Source: a virus. From it: a stretch of DNA of 64,000 nt. The stretch is from positions 4,094 through 68,093 of the IMG/VR virus record IMGVR_UViG_3300042539_001764, one strand, 5' to 3'. This document shows positions 19,287 to 29,086 of the stretch, one piece after another. The notes under the pieces were generated by a model. That model had not been told where the DNA came from. It did not search any database and was given only the letters and a program-made list of their open reading frames with translations. The position numbers were made by a program, and so were the translations under genes. Numbering within the stretch: the stretch's first letter is position 1; each line of letters begins with the position of its first letter.

Positions 19287-19886
19287 TTAGACGGCAGCAA
19301 ACGTTACGTTAGCGCCTTGATTTTGATATTTGCCATCTCCATAGCCTTGGCTGACGGCTTCTGAGAGACGAACGAACATGACTTGCACGATTCCCTCGTT
19401 GGCATAGATGCGTACTGGGAAAGCCAGGGGATTGACAATACAAATAGTGAGATGACCAGACCAGCCAGGCTCAATTGGCGTAACGTTAATGATCGTACCT
19501 TGGCGAGCATACGTGCTTTTGCCGTCTGTGATTCCCATTATGTTAGACGGCATTGTCAGGAGCTCCACACTTACACCAAGAGCATAAGAAAATGGTGGCA
19601 GAACAAAGAATGTAGAACCAAGCTGCTCAATGGGCTCTAGCTCCACCATTAAGTCTTTATTAAATGCCTTCACATCTAAAGGATCTGCTGATGCAAGGCC
19701 ATGGGCAAACGTGTTGTCAATGACCATGAAGCCTTTCGGGGAAAGGCGAAGGTCATATCCGGCATGGCTCAGTCCGTATGAAAGAGCTTTTGTGCCATTC
19801 TCTAATTCTCTGGTCTTTTCTCCGACGAAAGGAAAGATGATGTCATTCTCAGCAAGCACTGAGATTTCCTTGTCATTAAGAAGCAT
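19287..19886 (-). CDS. dcd: dCTP deaminase
   Basis: SYGLSHAGYDLRL, GKSTYARQG, TPIEPGWSG.LT, YANEGI.Q, KYQNQ. Confidence 0.92.
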   Translation of the reverse strand: MLLNDKEISVLAENDIIFPFVGEKTRELENGTKALSYGLSHAGYDLRLSPKGFMVIDNTFAHGLASADPLDVKAFNKDLMVELEPIEQLGSTFFVLPPFSYALGVSVELLTMPSNIMGITDGKSTYARQGTIINVTPIEPGWSGHLTICIVNPLAFPVRIYANEGIVQVMFVRLSEAVSQGYGDGKYQNQGANVTFAAV

Positions 19887-19954
19887 GGCTCAAAAAAAAA
19901 GAAAGGGGCTCTTGAGAGCCCCGTTGTCAAGAAAAGAAAAGCTTCAAGAAGCGA

Positions 19955-20224
19955 TCAAAATGGATCGTCAGAGAAACCCTGCTTGCTCTTGTTGCCGTTA
20001 TCCCACATCGAGGCATAAGCCTTGGGAGAATTCTCAAGCTTGTTGACAGTCACTTGCCCTTTGAAGTGGGGAGCAGTGTCCTTGTCACGCTTGTCGTTAT
20101 CCCACAGAGCAAAACGCAGGGAATAGTTACCCTGAGGATTAGTCCCGGCTTTCTTCATTGCGTTGAGAATGTCGGGAGTGAGATCAAGAGTTCCAGAGAA
20201 GGAAGGAGAGTTGCCAGCGGGCAT
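19955..20224 (-). CDS. Single-stranded DNA-binding protein (candidate)
   Basis: Small beta-rich protein with acidic-aromatic tip DDPF, next to the exonuclease and annealing protein. Confidence 0.6.
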   Translation of the reverse strand: MPAGNSPSFSGTLDLTPDILNAMKKAGTNPQGNYSLRFALWDNDKRDKDTAPHFKGQVTVNKLENSPKAYASMWDNGNKSKQGFSDDPF

Positions 20225-20296
20225 TTAGTAGTCCTCAAAAGGAGAGAAGTGGGCCCTGGTAGGGGCGTAAAAAGCTTAGCTGGATATTTTTTCAGG

Positions 20297-21097
20297 TCAA
20301 GCCCCACGGTCCATAGAAATCATTAAGGGACGGCCGCCTGGGTAATGCTCAAAGAAGAATTGCTGCACTTTCTGCACCATGATGCCTGCCTGCATCGCAA
20401 GCTCTCCCGCTGATAAAGAGACAACTTGCGCCTCCTGGCCTTTGCCCGTATCCGGATCATAAATAGCAATGGCACAATGCGCCTCATTGACTTCGATGTC
20501 ATACATCTGTTCAATGGCTTGCACATAAGCACCAAGCTGCATACGATAATCGGCCAACTGTGTATCAGGCTTTTCCTTATAGCTCGTCTTCCAATCCAGT
20601 AATGCGTAAGCACCACTATTCATCTTGGCGAGCATATCGAATGTGCCTGAATAGCCAATTTCTTGCGCATGATCGTACCAGGCAATAGCACTCTCAACGA
20701 GCAACGGACTATCCACTTGCTCAAGAAAGCCAACGATGCTTTCAAAGTAGGGGACATACGCTTCATGAGAATCAAGATGCGTTTGAATGTCCTCGCCGTT
20801 CCAGAAGTCTTCTAAAACACCGTGAAGCCAATTGCCTCGATTCACTGCATTACGAGTGCGACGATTAGCTTCTTCATCACCCACTTTCTTGCGCCAGTTC
20901 ATGAGCGCTGCAATCTTGCCAGGGGGAGAACACGCGCTCGCAATAGTCGTCACAGAGGGCAAAACATACCCTGCGGGGACATTGGGAAAATCGTCGCAGA
21001 CGTAATAGCGTTTCTTGTTCAGTTGAAGGCGATTGGGTTCGTAACGAGGAAACGCTGGCATTTGAAGGGAGGCAAGGCATAGATCGTAACAAGCCAC
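20297..21097 (-). CDS. PD-(D/E)XK exonuclease
   Basis: PSVTTI, RGNWLH..LE, YSGTFD, LLDWKTS, QLGAY. Confidence 0.85.
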   Translation of the reverse strand: MACYDLCLASLQMPAFPRYEPNRLQLNKKRYYVCDDFPNVPAGYVLPSVTTIASACSPPGKIAALMNWRKKVGDEEANRRTRNAVNRGNWLHGVLEDFWNGEDIQTHLDSHEAYVPYFESIVGFLEQVDSPLLVESAIAWYDHAQEIGYSGTFDMLAKMNSGAYALLDWKTSYKEKPDTQLADYRMQLGAYVQAIEQMYDIEVNEAHCAIAIYDPDTGKGQEAQVVSLSAGELAMQAGIMVQKVQQFFFEHYPGGRPLMISMDRGA

Positions 21098-21100
21098 TTG

Positions 21101-21421
21101 TCATTTTTCGTTCACGTCCCAGAAATAGTCGCAGCCTTCCTCATCACATGGAGGCGCAGCGAAATAGCTTTGCCAGCGACTTGCAGGCGCCATGTAGCGC
21201 CAACAATTTTCTTTAACAGGGCATTCGCCCCCCGAGCACATTGCAATGTCAGGCATGAGAATAGTCCGAGCAGTTTGACGGAGAAATCGCTTATCAGCCA
21301 AAGGATGATTAGCAACGGCTTCAAGAAGAGCAGCAATGCGACGATCACTGCTAAGCGTATCTTCAGGAAAGCTCCAGAACGCTTCATGGCAAGCATCAAG
21401 CAGTGAACGATGATTCTGCAC
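21101..21421 (-). CDS. Hypothetical protein with Cys-rich C-terminal domain
   Basis: MPDIAMC.G..CP....CWRY.AP....QSYF...C.YFW. Confidence 0.6.
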   Translation of the reverse strand: MQNHRSLLDACHEAFWSFPEDTLSSDRRIAALLEAVANHPLADKRFLRQTARTILMPDIAMCSGGECPVKENCWRYMAPASRWQSYFAAPPCDEEGCDYFWDVNEK

Positions 21422-21659
21422 GCTTTTCTTCCATCATTTCATACTCTTCAACCATGGTTGACATGGCAGCCATCAAATTGCTTTCAAAGAAGCCGCAACC
21501 CTGCATGAAATGCTTGAAATTCTCAACAATTTCAGGGCAGTAGATATTGTGGAACGAATGGGAAACTTTACTGTTTCCTTCTTCGTAAGTGAAAGTGAAG
21601 CGGCTCATTGAACTATCAAAGAGAGAATCGCCAGAATCGACAGAGAAAGAATTAGGCAT
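21396..21659 (-). CDS. Hypothetical protein
   Basis: 87 aa; F..FM.GCGF motif. Confidence 0.55.
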   Translation of the reverse strand: MPNSFSVDSGDSLFDSSMSRFTFTYEEGNSKVSHSFHNIYCPEIVENFKHFMQGCGFFESNLMAAMSTMVEEYEMMEEKRAESSFTA

Positions 21660-21796
21660 GTGAAAGTAACAAGGAGAAACAAGCCGAGAGGATCATTCGC
21701 CAAAGAAGGCGGGAGGAAGCTCAGTAACGGGAAAGGCGTCATTGTCAATGCAAACGGTTCCAGCAAAGGCCCGCGCAAAGCGGGCCGCTGCTAGAT

Positions 21797-22738
21797 CTAT
21801 TGCTTTTTTGCAACGAAAGCTTTCATGCCTTCAATCATTGCTTCTGTATCCGGCAGGCTACGGACGGCATTGATTTCTTCAGTCATTTCAGCTTTGCCAA
21901 TGCCGATTTGCTCTTGCTTCGCCCAAAGGGTCATCATTGCTGCGACGACGTTTCCGAAGGCTTGCCAGGTTTTAACTTCCGTGGCGCGAGCAAGTCCAAT
22001 ACTTTCAAGAGCAGCTTTACCTGCAGCCATAGAAGCTTTCTCGTCGGCATAGTTCAAAGGATTGGCTTTGCACACTGCCGTGAGAGCAGTTTTTGCATCG
22101 AAAGGCTCAGGGGCAGAGTCAGGGGCAGAGTCATGGGCAGAGTCAGAAGTGCCACCAGTAGTTGCTGTCGCAACCTTCTTGGCCGCACGAGCAGGCTTTG
22201 GGGAGTCTTGCTGCAGCGCAGGTTTTGGCGCTTCCTCTTTCGGGATGTCCTCTCCGGCATAGAGCCGAAGACCAAGGCCCGTGAAGGTAGCGATGGCCTT
22301 GACGCTGGCACGTTGGATGTTGTCACTAATGGCGCGACCATCGAGCTGTTGTATGGAATTGTGCTTCCTGTCCATCACTGGAAACACCAGTGCAGGAGTG
22401 CGGCGAATGCCGTCTGTGAGATAGGGGCGAAGAATGAAAGCACCAGGCTCGCCAAACACGGGCCATCCAAGAGTTTTCTCCTCAAACGCCACATACAGCG
22501 TCGGGAAATGCTCTTTCAGATAGCGGAAAGCAAACGGCCAAGACAGATAAGAGAGGCCCTTGTAATCCTTCTCAATGTGAGGGCCAATATCGGGAGTGTC
22601 ATAGGCCGCTTTGAAATCTGCGGCGCTGATTTCCAGCGGAGTGAAGATGCCGTTGTAGCGATCCATCATTGCTGCTTTTGCTGAATCTTCCATGGAAGAA
22701 AAATCGGAAGGAGAGTAGGTGAGGATAGTGTGGTTCAT
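21797..22738 (-). CDS. Single-strand annealing protein (Sak3/DUF1071, Rad52-like)
   Basis: IEK..KGLSYLSW, FPVMD..HN, I.DNIQRA.VKAIA..TGLGL.LYAGEDIP. Confidence 0.85.
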   Translation of the reverse strand: MNHTILTYSPSDFSSMEDSAKAAMMDRYNGIFTPLEISAADFKAAYDTPDIGPHIEKDYKGLSYLSWPFAFRYLKEHFPTLYVAFEEKTLGWPVFGEPGAFILRPYLTDGIRRTPALVFPVMDRKHNSIQQLDGRAISDNIQRASVKAIATFTGLGLRLYAGEDIPKEEAPKPALQQDSPKPARAAKKVATATTGGTSDSAHDSAPDSAPEPFDAKTALTAVCKANPLNYADEKASMAAGKAALESIGLARATEVKTWQAFGNVVAAMMTLWAKQEQIGIGKAEMTEEINAVRSLPDTEAMIEGMKAFVAKKQ

Positions 22739-22926
22739 TCTTCTAGAAAGGCAAACTGCCAGTCAAGAACATACTCTTCGCTTTCTTCGTCAAACGAAAG
22801 ATTTAGCCCAGTAACGGCCACGCCAGTATCAGAAAGAAAGCAATCAAGACAATGAAGCACATCCTGATCCATTTGCTTCATGCGAGCATAAAGCTCGGAG
22901 GTGGTGAGGTTAGGAAAGTCCATCAC
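22735..22926 (-). CDS. Hypothetical protein
   Basis: 63 aa with ATGA-type overlaps. Confidence 0.5.
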   Translation of the reverse strand: MMDFPNLTTSELYARMKQMDQDVLHCLDCFLSDTGVAVTGLNLSFDEESEEYVLDWQFAFLEE

Positions 22927-23237
22927 TCCAGAGATGCCACTGCTTTGTAACCAAATCCAGAGGGTTGATATTCGCCATACATAATGACAAACATCTTGCT
23001 TGGGTTTTCGTTCTTAGTGATAAGACTGTCACCAGGGAGCGGCCAGTCATTAATCACTCTCACGTCAGTGGGATCTTCTAGGAATTCAGGGTCGTATTTC
23101 TCTGAAATTACGCCTTCTTCCCAAAGAATCTTCACTTCAGTATCGGGATGCTCAAGAAGAAATTCTTCGCAAGCGAGTTTAAGCTGAGAAACCTTCATAG
23201 TCCTCAATGGTGATGTCGGAAGCGGAATAGTCTTCAA
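22923..23237 (-). CDS. Hypothetical protein
   Basis: MKVSQL motif; operon context (true start may be downstream). Confidence 0.5.
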   Translation of the reverse strand: MKTIPLPTSPLRTMKVSQLKLACEEFLLEHPDTEVKILWEEGVISEKYDPEFLEDPTDVRVINDWPLPGDSLITKNENPSKMFVIMYGEYQPSGFGYKAVASLE

Positions 23238-23424
23238 TCATGGAAAAGGCGCCGTCTGAAAGAGTGGCGCTACCTTCCCAGATGGGAGTGGAGCGAACCA
23301 AGCGTTCTACTGTTTCGCTTAAGCTTTGCCGTGCTTCATGGGCAATGTTTTTTAGGTGGTTGTAGGCAGTGTCCGTAAGGGTGAAATGGCGACTTTTCTT
23401 CGGTTCGCCGTGATCAATGGTCAT
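23179..23424 (-). CDS. Ribbon-helix-helix-like DNA-binding protein
   Basis: HGEPKK.RHFTLTDTAY..L..IA.....S.SE.VERL; first gene of the leftward operon, divergent from the primase. Confidence 0.6.
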   Translation of the reverse strand: MTIDHGEPKKSRHFTLTDTAYNHLKNIAHEARQSLSETVERLVRSTPIWEGSATLSDGAFSMIEDYSASDITIEDYEGFSA

Positions 23425-23574
23425 GAAACAAGCTTGAAAGTGGCGCGAGTCATGGACAGCTTAGCCATTATGGCCAGGATGGCAACCCCGAATAGCTAAG
23501 AGAGTCTTAAGAGCTACCAAGGGGTCGCCATGCGCTCGTTTTACTGCTAGAACCAGGCGATCTCCGCTGCCCTC

Positions 23575-25602
23575 ATGGCCTTTTCCATCCTCGACCACCT
23601 CGCCAAGCTGGAGCCGAGCGACCATCCTGGTAAATACATCTGCCCTGCCTGCGGAGGGAACGATCTGTCAGTAAACGAGAAAAATGGCGCATATAACTGT
23701 TTCAATGACGACAGCGCGAAGCATCGCGCCGAAATTCGCAACATCCTTGCTCCATTGGAACGCTGGGAACGCCCGATGCGGGAACCTGGCTCCTATGTTT
23801 TCGTCTACCAGAACCGTGATAAAGAAGAAGTAATTAACGTTATCAGGGACGATTCTTCTGGTAAGAAAAGCATCCGGCAGGATTATCCAACCATTCCCAA
23901 AGACAGTGGCAAGCGGAAAGCCGCTATTGATCAACTGCGCAAGAATATCCTCCCATATCGATATTACGATGCCATTGAAGCATCAGAAACCACAGGCCTT
24001 CCCATTTTTGTCGTTGAAGGCGAACTCACTTGTGACAGGCTCTGGGAAATCGGTCTGCCTTCTATCACGTTTCTTGGTGGTAGCGGCCAATACCGCGCCA
24101 ACGGTGACTATTCGCAGCTTTTTCGCGGCAAGAAAGTAGTTCTTTGTCCAGATCGCGATGAGCCTGGCATTGATTTAATGAAAGAAGTGGCGTCAGATAA
24201 CCCTGGCGCACAATGGCTCTACGCAGATCCGGACAACTTTGAATGGAAAAGTCTTCCTCAAAAAGGAGGCTACGATCTTGCCGACTGGCTAGACGATGGC
24301 GCAGATTATGAAACCATTCTTTCCTCCATCGTTTCAAAAGACAGGCACGAAGGAAAAGATGGCATTCCATCGTTTGAAGAAATTATTTCAACGCTGGAAC
24401 GCATGGTTGGGCTTTATGGCAACGATGCTCGCATTGCTTTTGAAGCTCGCCAATGGATGGAAAGCCATGGCGTCAAGCTAAATGCTCAAGAAACTGAAAA
24501 GCTTTTGCAAGAGGCTCGCGGGCGTGTGCATGGCCGTGAAGAGCTTGAAATTCTTGATGCCAAGTCCATAGCACAGTCTGAAGATTCCCGCAAGTGGACG
24601 ATTGCTGGCATTCTTCCAGAAAGCAGCGTCATGCTTTTAGCTGCTGCTCCTGGCAGCGGCAAATCAACAATTCTTTACAACTGGGCTCTGCACGTCGCCA
24701 CTGGTAAAGACTGGAGCAACCGTCGTTGCAAGAAAGGGAAAGTGCTGGTCATTCAATGCGACGAGCCTGTTGTTGATGCTGCAGAAAAGCTGCAGATTAT
24801 TGGTTACGACGACGAAGAGCTTGCCAATGGTCAGATTGATTTTATTGATCGCTGGCGTTTCAACAATATCCCTCAGCTTCTATCTTATGTACAGCGTCAC
24901 CATCCCCAGCTCATCATGATCGATAGTCTTACTTCCTGCCTCGCCGGCATGGACGTAGATCTAATTCGCTCTGATGCTGGTAATTGCATCTACGAGCTTC
25001 GCGATATTGCCAATCAATATGGCTGCTCCATTGTCATCCTTCATCACTTAAACAAAAGCGGTGGCATTCGTGATAGTTCCAGCTTTGAAGCCAATGTTAG
25101 TGAAGTGGTGAAGCTTTATCGCACTGATAATAATCCTGATTCCACTCAGTTCATGATGGAATGGACAAAGAGCAGAAGTGGCTTAGCCGGTAAGCATTTT
25201 ATGCAGCGTGATCCTGCCACGTATGGCTGGTATTACAAAGGCCCTGCTGCTGGCGGTAATGAGGCTCTTGACAATTTGGTCAATATGATTAACTCGCGCA
25301 AACACGAGCGTTTTGATCGCAACGCTGCTGCCGCAGCTTCTGGCGCATGGGACCGTACTACTGTTGGCCGTCTGTTGGAAGTGGCTCGCCGTCAAGGCTT
25401 AATTGCAACAAGCTTTATTGTTGGTCCCAATGGAGAGCGGACGCGGATGTATCAAAGCTGGGCTTATGAAGAGCCTAATCTTGATTTTCAAAGCAAGTCA
25501 ATTGAAATTCCCGTTCAGGAACAAGCCACGCAAGAAGAGTCTGTTTCCATGGTGATAAATGAAAATCTTCCCGAAGGGGAAGACGATGATGAATGGTTCT
25601 AA
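23575..25602 (+). CDS. DNA primase-helicase (Zn finger, TOPRIM, RepA/AAA_25 helicase)
   Basis: CPACGG...YNCF; VVEGE; PDRDEPG; Walker A AAPGSGKS; IMIDSL; ILHHLNK. Confidence 0.9.
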   Translation: MAFSILDHLAKLEPSDHPGKYICPACGGNDLSVNEKNGAYNCFNDDSAKHRAEIRNILAPLERWERPMREPGSYVFVYQNRDKEEVINVIRDDSSGKKSIRQDYPTIPKDSGKRKAAIDQLRKNILPYRYYDAIEASETTGLPIFVVEGELTCDRLWEIGLPSITFLGGSGQYRANGDYSQLFRGKKVVLCPDRDEPGIDLMKEVASDNPGAQWLYADPDNFEWKSLPQKGGYDLADWLDDGADYETILSSIVSKDRHEGKDGIPSFEEIISTLERMVGLYGNDARIAFEARQWMESHGVKLNAQETEKLLQEARGRVHGREELEILDAKSIAQSEDSRKWTIAGILPESSVMLLAAAPGSGKSTILYNWALHVATGKDWSNRRCKKGKVLVIQCDEPVVDAAEKLQIIGYDDEELANGQIDFIDRWRFNNIPQLLSYVQRHHPQLIMIDSLTSCLAGMDVDLIRSDAGNCIYELRDIANQYGCSIVILHHLNKSGGIRDSSSFEANVSEVVKLYRTDNNPDSTQFMMEWTKSRSGLAGKHFMQRDPATYGWYYKGPAAGGNEALDNLVNMINSRKHERFDRNAAAAASGAWDRTTVGRLLEVARRQGLIATSFIVGPNGERTRMYQSWAYEEPNLDFQSKSIEIPVQEQATQEESVSMVINENLPEGEDDDEWF

Positions 25603-25721
25603 CTGTCTCGCAATAGGAGGGAGGCTCTATTGCTAGCCTCCCCGCTGCCTACCGTCGCGGGCAGCTTTTTCAATCATAAAGCTTTTTCAAGAACGGGGCC
25701 TGATGGCCCCTTTTCTTTGTT

Positions 25722-25880
25722 TTATTTGCGTTTGCCTTGATCTTGGCCGTCTAGCTTGCGCTGAAATTCTTTCTGCTCCTGTTCTTTGCCATAAAGCCAA
25801 GCTTTTGTGCTTTGTCCTGGTTTTGGACCATTGCGAGGAAGCTTAATAATCTTGAAACCGTCGGGAACAGAAGAAGTCAT
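25722..25880 (-). CDS. Small basic protein (52 aa)
   Basis: Manual translation MTSSVPDGFKIIKLPRNGPKPGQSTKAWLYGKEQEQKEFQRKLDGQDQGKRK; ends at a bidirectional hairpin. Confidence 0.45.
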   Translation of the reverse strand: MTSSVPDGFKIIKLPRNGPKPGQSTKAWLYGKEQEQKEFQRKLDGQDQGKRK

Positions 25881-26068
25881 AGTGGTTCGCGAAGTCCAGA
25901 AATCCTACCACCGGCTTGTTTTCCCATGGAAATGGACAGTTTAACGATTGACTCTCTTGTGGAGATTTGGCGGGGGTGAGTACACTGGTTCCGGAATGTC
26001 CCGCGTGTCTCCAAGAGATCTCAGACGAGTATTCCAGGGGCTATAAGCCTACGCCTTCTGGCCCTGTC

Positions 26069-26210
26069 AGAGCAAGCGTAGCCCCCAAGGGCGGAGCGCC
26101 ACAGTCATCAGGCCAAGATTCCTTAAAAGAACAAGTCAGATGAAACCATAAACCTCCGCAATGCCGCTCTAGCCAGAGTGGAGCCCCCAAAGGGCGGAAC
26201 GTTCAAGACA
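26069..26210 (+). repeat. Two hairpin motifs AGCCCCCAA(A)GGGCGGA, also present inverted at 40522-40626
   Basis: Direct sequence comparison. Confidence 0.75.
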
Positions 26211-26274
26211 TAAGGCAAAGAAGCCTTCAACTAAAAAGAACGTTTCTAAGATTGCGAAGGAAATTCTCCTAGCA

Positions 26275-26511
26275 ATGCTTAACCCTCCCAAGGCTGTAGA
26301 AAAGCTTCCTCTGTTGGAACACAATGGGGCAGAAATTTTGCCCATTATTCACCACGGTTTTTCTCGCCCGCAAAAAGGGCCGCAGCCAGCGGCCCGAACA
26401 ATTTATGGAGCCCGTGATAATAATGGAGAGCGCCATTGGCGCTCTAGCTTGCACGAAATTCAACAATTGATTGATAGTGGTTTTGCATCTACGGAGCAAG
26501 CAGATGCGTGA
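26275..26511 (+). CDS. Hypothetical protein
   Basis: 78 aa, first gene after the non-coding block. Confidence 0.55.
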   Translation: MLNPPKAVEKLPLLEHNGAEILPIIHHGFSRPQKGPQPAARTIYGARDNNGERHWRSSLHEIQQLIDSGFASTEQADA

Positions 26512-26719
26512 GTTTTGCACCAATCCAAAAGATTGCATGGCCCTTGCTTACGAGCGCGAGGCTGAGCACGAGCTAGATCCTCGCGGGCTTGATGCTGCTT
26601 ATGCAGAAATCGTTGATAGCTTCCATAAAGAAATGGAAGAATTCATTACAAAATACTGCCCCAAGAAGTTAAATGAGTTTGATGACTTACTAGAGAAAGC
26701 TTTCTGGCGGTATCATTAA
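26471..26719 (+). CDS. Hypothetical protein
   Basis: Likely starts at the ATG near 26504 (MREFC...). Confidence 0.5.
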   Translation: MIVVLHLRSKQMREFCTNPKDCMALAYEREAEHELDPRGLDAAYAEIVDSFHKEMEEFITKYCPKKLNEFDDLLEKAFWRYH

Positions 26720-26722
26720 GTC

Positions 26723-26899
26723 ATGGTTGACTCAGGCGATGCTAAGATTCGGCATCTCATCGATGATGCCATTCGTCGTCACGAGATCAGAGTGGCAGTA
26801 GGGAGCGGCGCATTGGGCGCCGCTCTTTTGCTAGGCACTTTTCACGCCATAGGAATGTTGCGTCATGAATTACATGCCCTCGCCATTATCGGAAGCTGA
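26723..26899 (+). CDS. Small membrane protein (58 aa)
   Basis: Manual translation; IDDAIRRHEIR followed by a TM segment. Confidence 0.45.
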   Translation: MVDSGDAKIRHLIDDAIRRHEIRVAVGSGALGAALLLGTFHAIGMLRHELHALAIIGS

Positions 26900-27041
26900 A
26901 TGGGAAGAGCTATGCATATTGAAGCAGGCTATTAATGATGCTCCGGCCACTGTCGTGGCCTCCAAGATGGAACGCTTCACTGAACTATTTGTTCGTACTC
27001 TCCATGGAAAAGGAGATACCATGAGAGAAGCTAGTCACTAG
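26865..27041 (+). CDS. Hypothetical protein (58 aa)
   Basis: Manual translation LSEAEWEEL..LK.AI...KMERFTELFVRTL.GKGD. Confidence 0.5.
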   Translation: MNYMPSPLSEAEWEELCILKQAINDAPATVVASKMERFTELFVRTLHGKGDTMREASH

Positions 27042-27044
27042 AGA

Positions 27045-27788
27045 ATGCCGCGTCCTGAAATTGAATTTACCACGCCTGAAGAAGAAGAGGCTTACGCAAG
27101 GAAGGCTTTAATTAAAGCAGGTGTTCCTGAAAGCCAATATGAAGCAGTAAGGAACTATGGCAATGGTAATGGCGTGGTTTATGCCAAGGAAATGCTTGGC
27201 GTGAGGCGATGGATGGTGCAAGAATTATTGGCTGCTTCAATGAGCAATCGCCAGATTGCGAATGTTCTAAAGCTAAGCAAAGAAACAGTTAATGCCGATC
27301 GCCATTTCAACAGAGCTTTATATACGCAAGAAATCCTGAAGAATCAAGATACGCACAGGGCGCGTCTCTTGAAAGAACAAATGGATCTTAAAGACTTGGC
27401 GCTTGATAGCTTTGAGAAAAGTAAGCGCAAGAAAGTTATCACCATTATGGACGGTGGTGACGATGGCGGGAAAGAAATGGTGAAGCTAGAAGAAAGTGCT
27501 GGTGATCCATCGTTCTTGAACGTGGCGAAAAACTCGCTGGTAGAGCAAGCAAAGCTGCTCGGTCTCAACGAGATCAAGCAAGTCGAAAGCCAAGACACCT
27601 CCTATCGGAAGTTCCTCAAAGACCTTTCCACCACCATTGAAAAAGAAAAAGAATCTAAAGCTACTGACGAACGGCGCAGCAACTCGCTATTGGCATCTGC
27701 TGAAACCATTAGCTTTGACCCGGAGCCTGAAAACGAGCCCCTTCCTGAAACCATGCCTTTAGAAACAATTAATCATGATGACTATTGA
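27045..27788 (+). CDS. HTH protein, candidate terminase small subunit
   Basis: HTH (MSNRQIANVLKLSKETV), helical core and GDP.FL...QAKLLGL motif common in TerS-like proteins. Confidence 0.55.
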   Translation: MPRPEIEFTTPEEEEAYARKALIKAGVPESQYEAVRNYGNGNGVVYAKEMLGVRRWMVQELLAASMSNRQIANVLKLSKETVNADRHFNRALYTQEILKNQDTHRARLLKEQMDLKDLALDSFEKSKRKKVITIMDGGDDGGKEMVKLEESAGDPSFLNVAKNSLVEQAKLLGLNEIKQVESQDTSYRKFLKDLSTTIEKEKESKATDERRSNSLLASAETISFDPEPENEPLPETMPLETINHDDY

Positions 27789-27835
27789 CAAGGCCGCCTA
27801 GCGGCGGCAAGCTATAACCACTGATTTTTCTCCCA

Positions 27836-28261
27836 TTGGAAGAATTTTCCTCCGTTAACGACTTTCTTCGGCAGGCAGTAGCCGCTAAGGACAGCAAGCG
27901 CCAAGCTATCAGCGCCTCTATCACGCCTGATCTACAAGATCATGGCATGGTTGGCATCCCGCCAAGACTCGCTAACACCTTGGAGAGCATGCTGCAAAGC
28001 TATGGCGATGAAGCCTATCGACAAGTGGCTCTCTTTTGTCTAGGCAAATGGTTTGAAATGCATATTGGCATGTTTGAAGAGCTCATTGGAGAGGAGCCCA
28101 GTATGGGCTGTAGTTGCCTGATGGATGCCACTCGCATTGCGGACTCCCTCCATCTCCTTTCTGAAATCAATAGCATTGGAGGCGACAAGGGGTGGAGGGA
28201 CATGCTGAGCGAAACGCTTAGTCAGCACATCCTTGAAGAGCTTGAAGAGGAGCGCTGGTAA
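27836..28261 (+). CDS. Hypothetical protein
   Basis: 141 aa, preceded by a TTGACA...TATAAC promoter-like sequence. Confidence 0.6.
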   Translation: MEEFSSVNDFLRQAVAAKDSKRQAISASITPDLQDHGMVGIPPRLANTLESMLQSYGDEAYRQVALFCLGKWFEMHIGMFEELIGEEPSMGCSCLMDATRIADSLHLLSEINSIGGDKGWRDMLSETLSQHILEELEEERW

Positions 28262-28428
28262 TGGCTGCTTGCCGTACGTATTTAATTACTACGTCTGAAG
28301 GAAAGAAAATCGCCCTGGGGGCGATTTCCGCAAAACAAGCTGAACACTTCATGCTTGTCATGCGTCCTGACATCAAGATTGCAATGGTTGAAGAAATTCC
28401 ACCACTTCCCGAAGACCCACAACTGTGA
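28261..28428 (+). CDS. Hypothetical protein (55 aa)
   Basis: Manual translation MAACRTYLITTSEGKKIALGAISAKQAEHF...; TAATG coupling. Confidence 0.5.
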   Translation: MAACRTYLITTSEGKKIALGAISAKQAEHFMLVMRPDIKIAMVEEIPPLPEDPQL

Positions 28429-28597
28429 TTTTTTCTTTCCATTGCACTGACACTACTGGCCACTTCCGTATTGGAGCTTTTTGTCTCCAATGGAGAAACA
28501 GTTTTATGCTTGGCACCATGTATGACGGCTTTGGTGAAAGCTGTTTAATACTCGGCTCTCGTTCCTTCCACTTCGGGCAATTTCGTTTCGCCTAATC

Positions 28598-29020
28598 ATG
28601 GACCTTCAGCTCTCTTTTATGGAAGAGCATTCCCTTCCTCGCATGGTACACATTTGCATTCCTCCGCAAATCCAAAAGGAAGTGGAGGCGTTGGCAATGG
28701 AAAATCCGCCCATCCATCCAGCATGGTGCAAAGCTCAAAAGCGTGGTAGGCATTTTGTCATCGCCACCAACGACCTTGACGACATTACGGAACTGGCTGA
28801 CTTTGCTCGTACTAACATCGAAGAGCCTGAAGAGCCAATGAGCAAGCCGAAGCGCCAGGCTTATCAAATCCTGCTGGACAGAGCATTCAGGCATGCCCAT
28901 CTGGAGCCTATGGGCACCTGTCATGCCATTGCTACCAAATGGCGAGACAAGCCCTTGCCATGCCAGAAGAACCTTAGTATTGCCACACAGGCTTTACGGC
29001 AGCCAGTCAGGCCTTTGTAA
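28598..29020 (+). CDS. Hypothetical protein
   Basis: 140 aa. Confidence 0.55.
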   Translation: MDLQLSFMEEHSLPRMVHICIPPQIQKEVEALAMENPPIHPAWCKAQKRGRHFVIATNDLDDITELADFARTNIEEPEEPMSKPKRQAYQILLDRAFRHAHLEPMGTCHAIATKWRDKPLPCQKNLSIATQALRQPVRPL

Positions 29021-29086
29021 CGATTTATGAATGGCCCCTTGATAGGGGCCTTTTTACTGGCACAATAAGCGAAGCAACGGCGAACG

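Noticed and set aside
21800-22684. 294-aa plus-strand ORF
   Set aside because: Antisense shadow of the Sak3-like gene.
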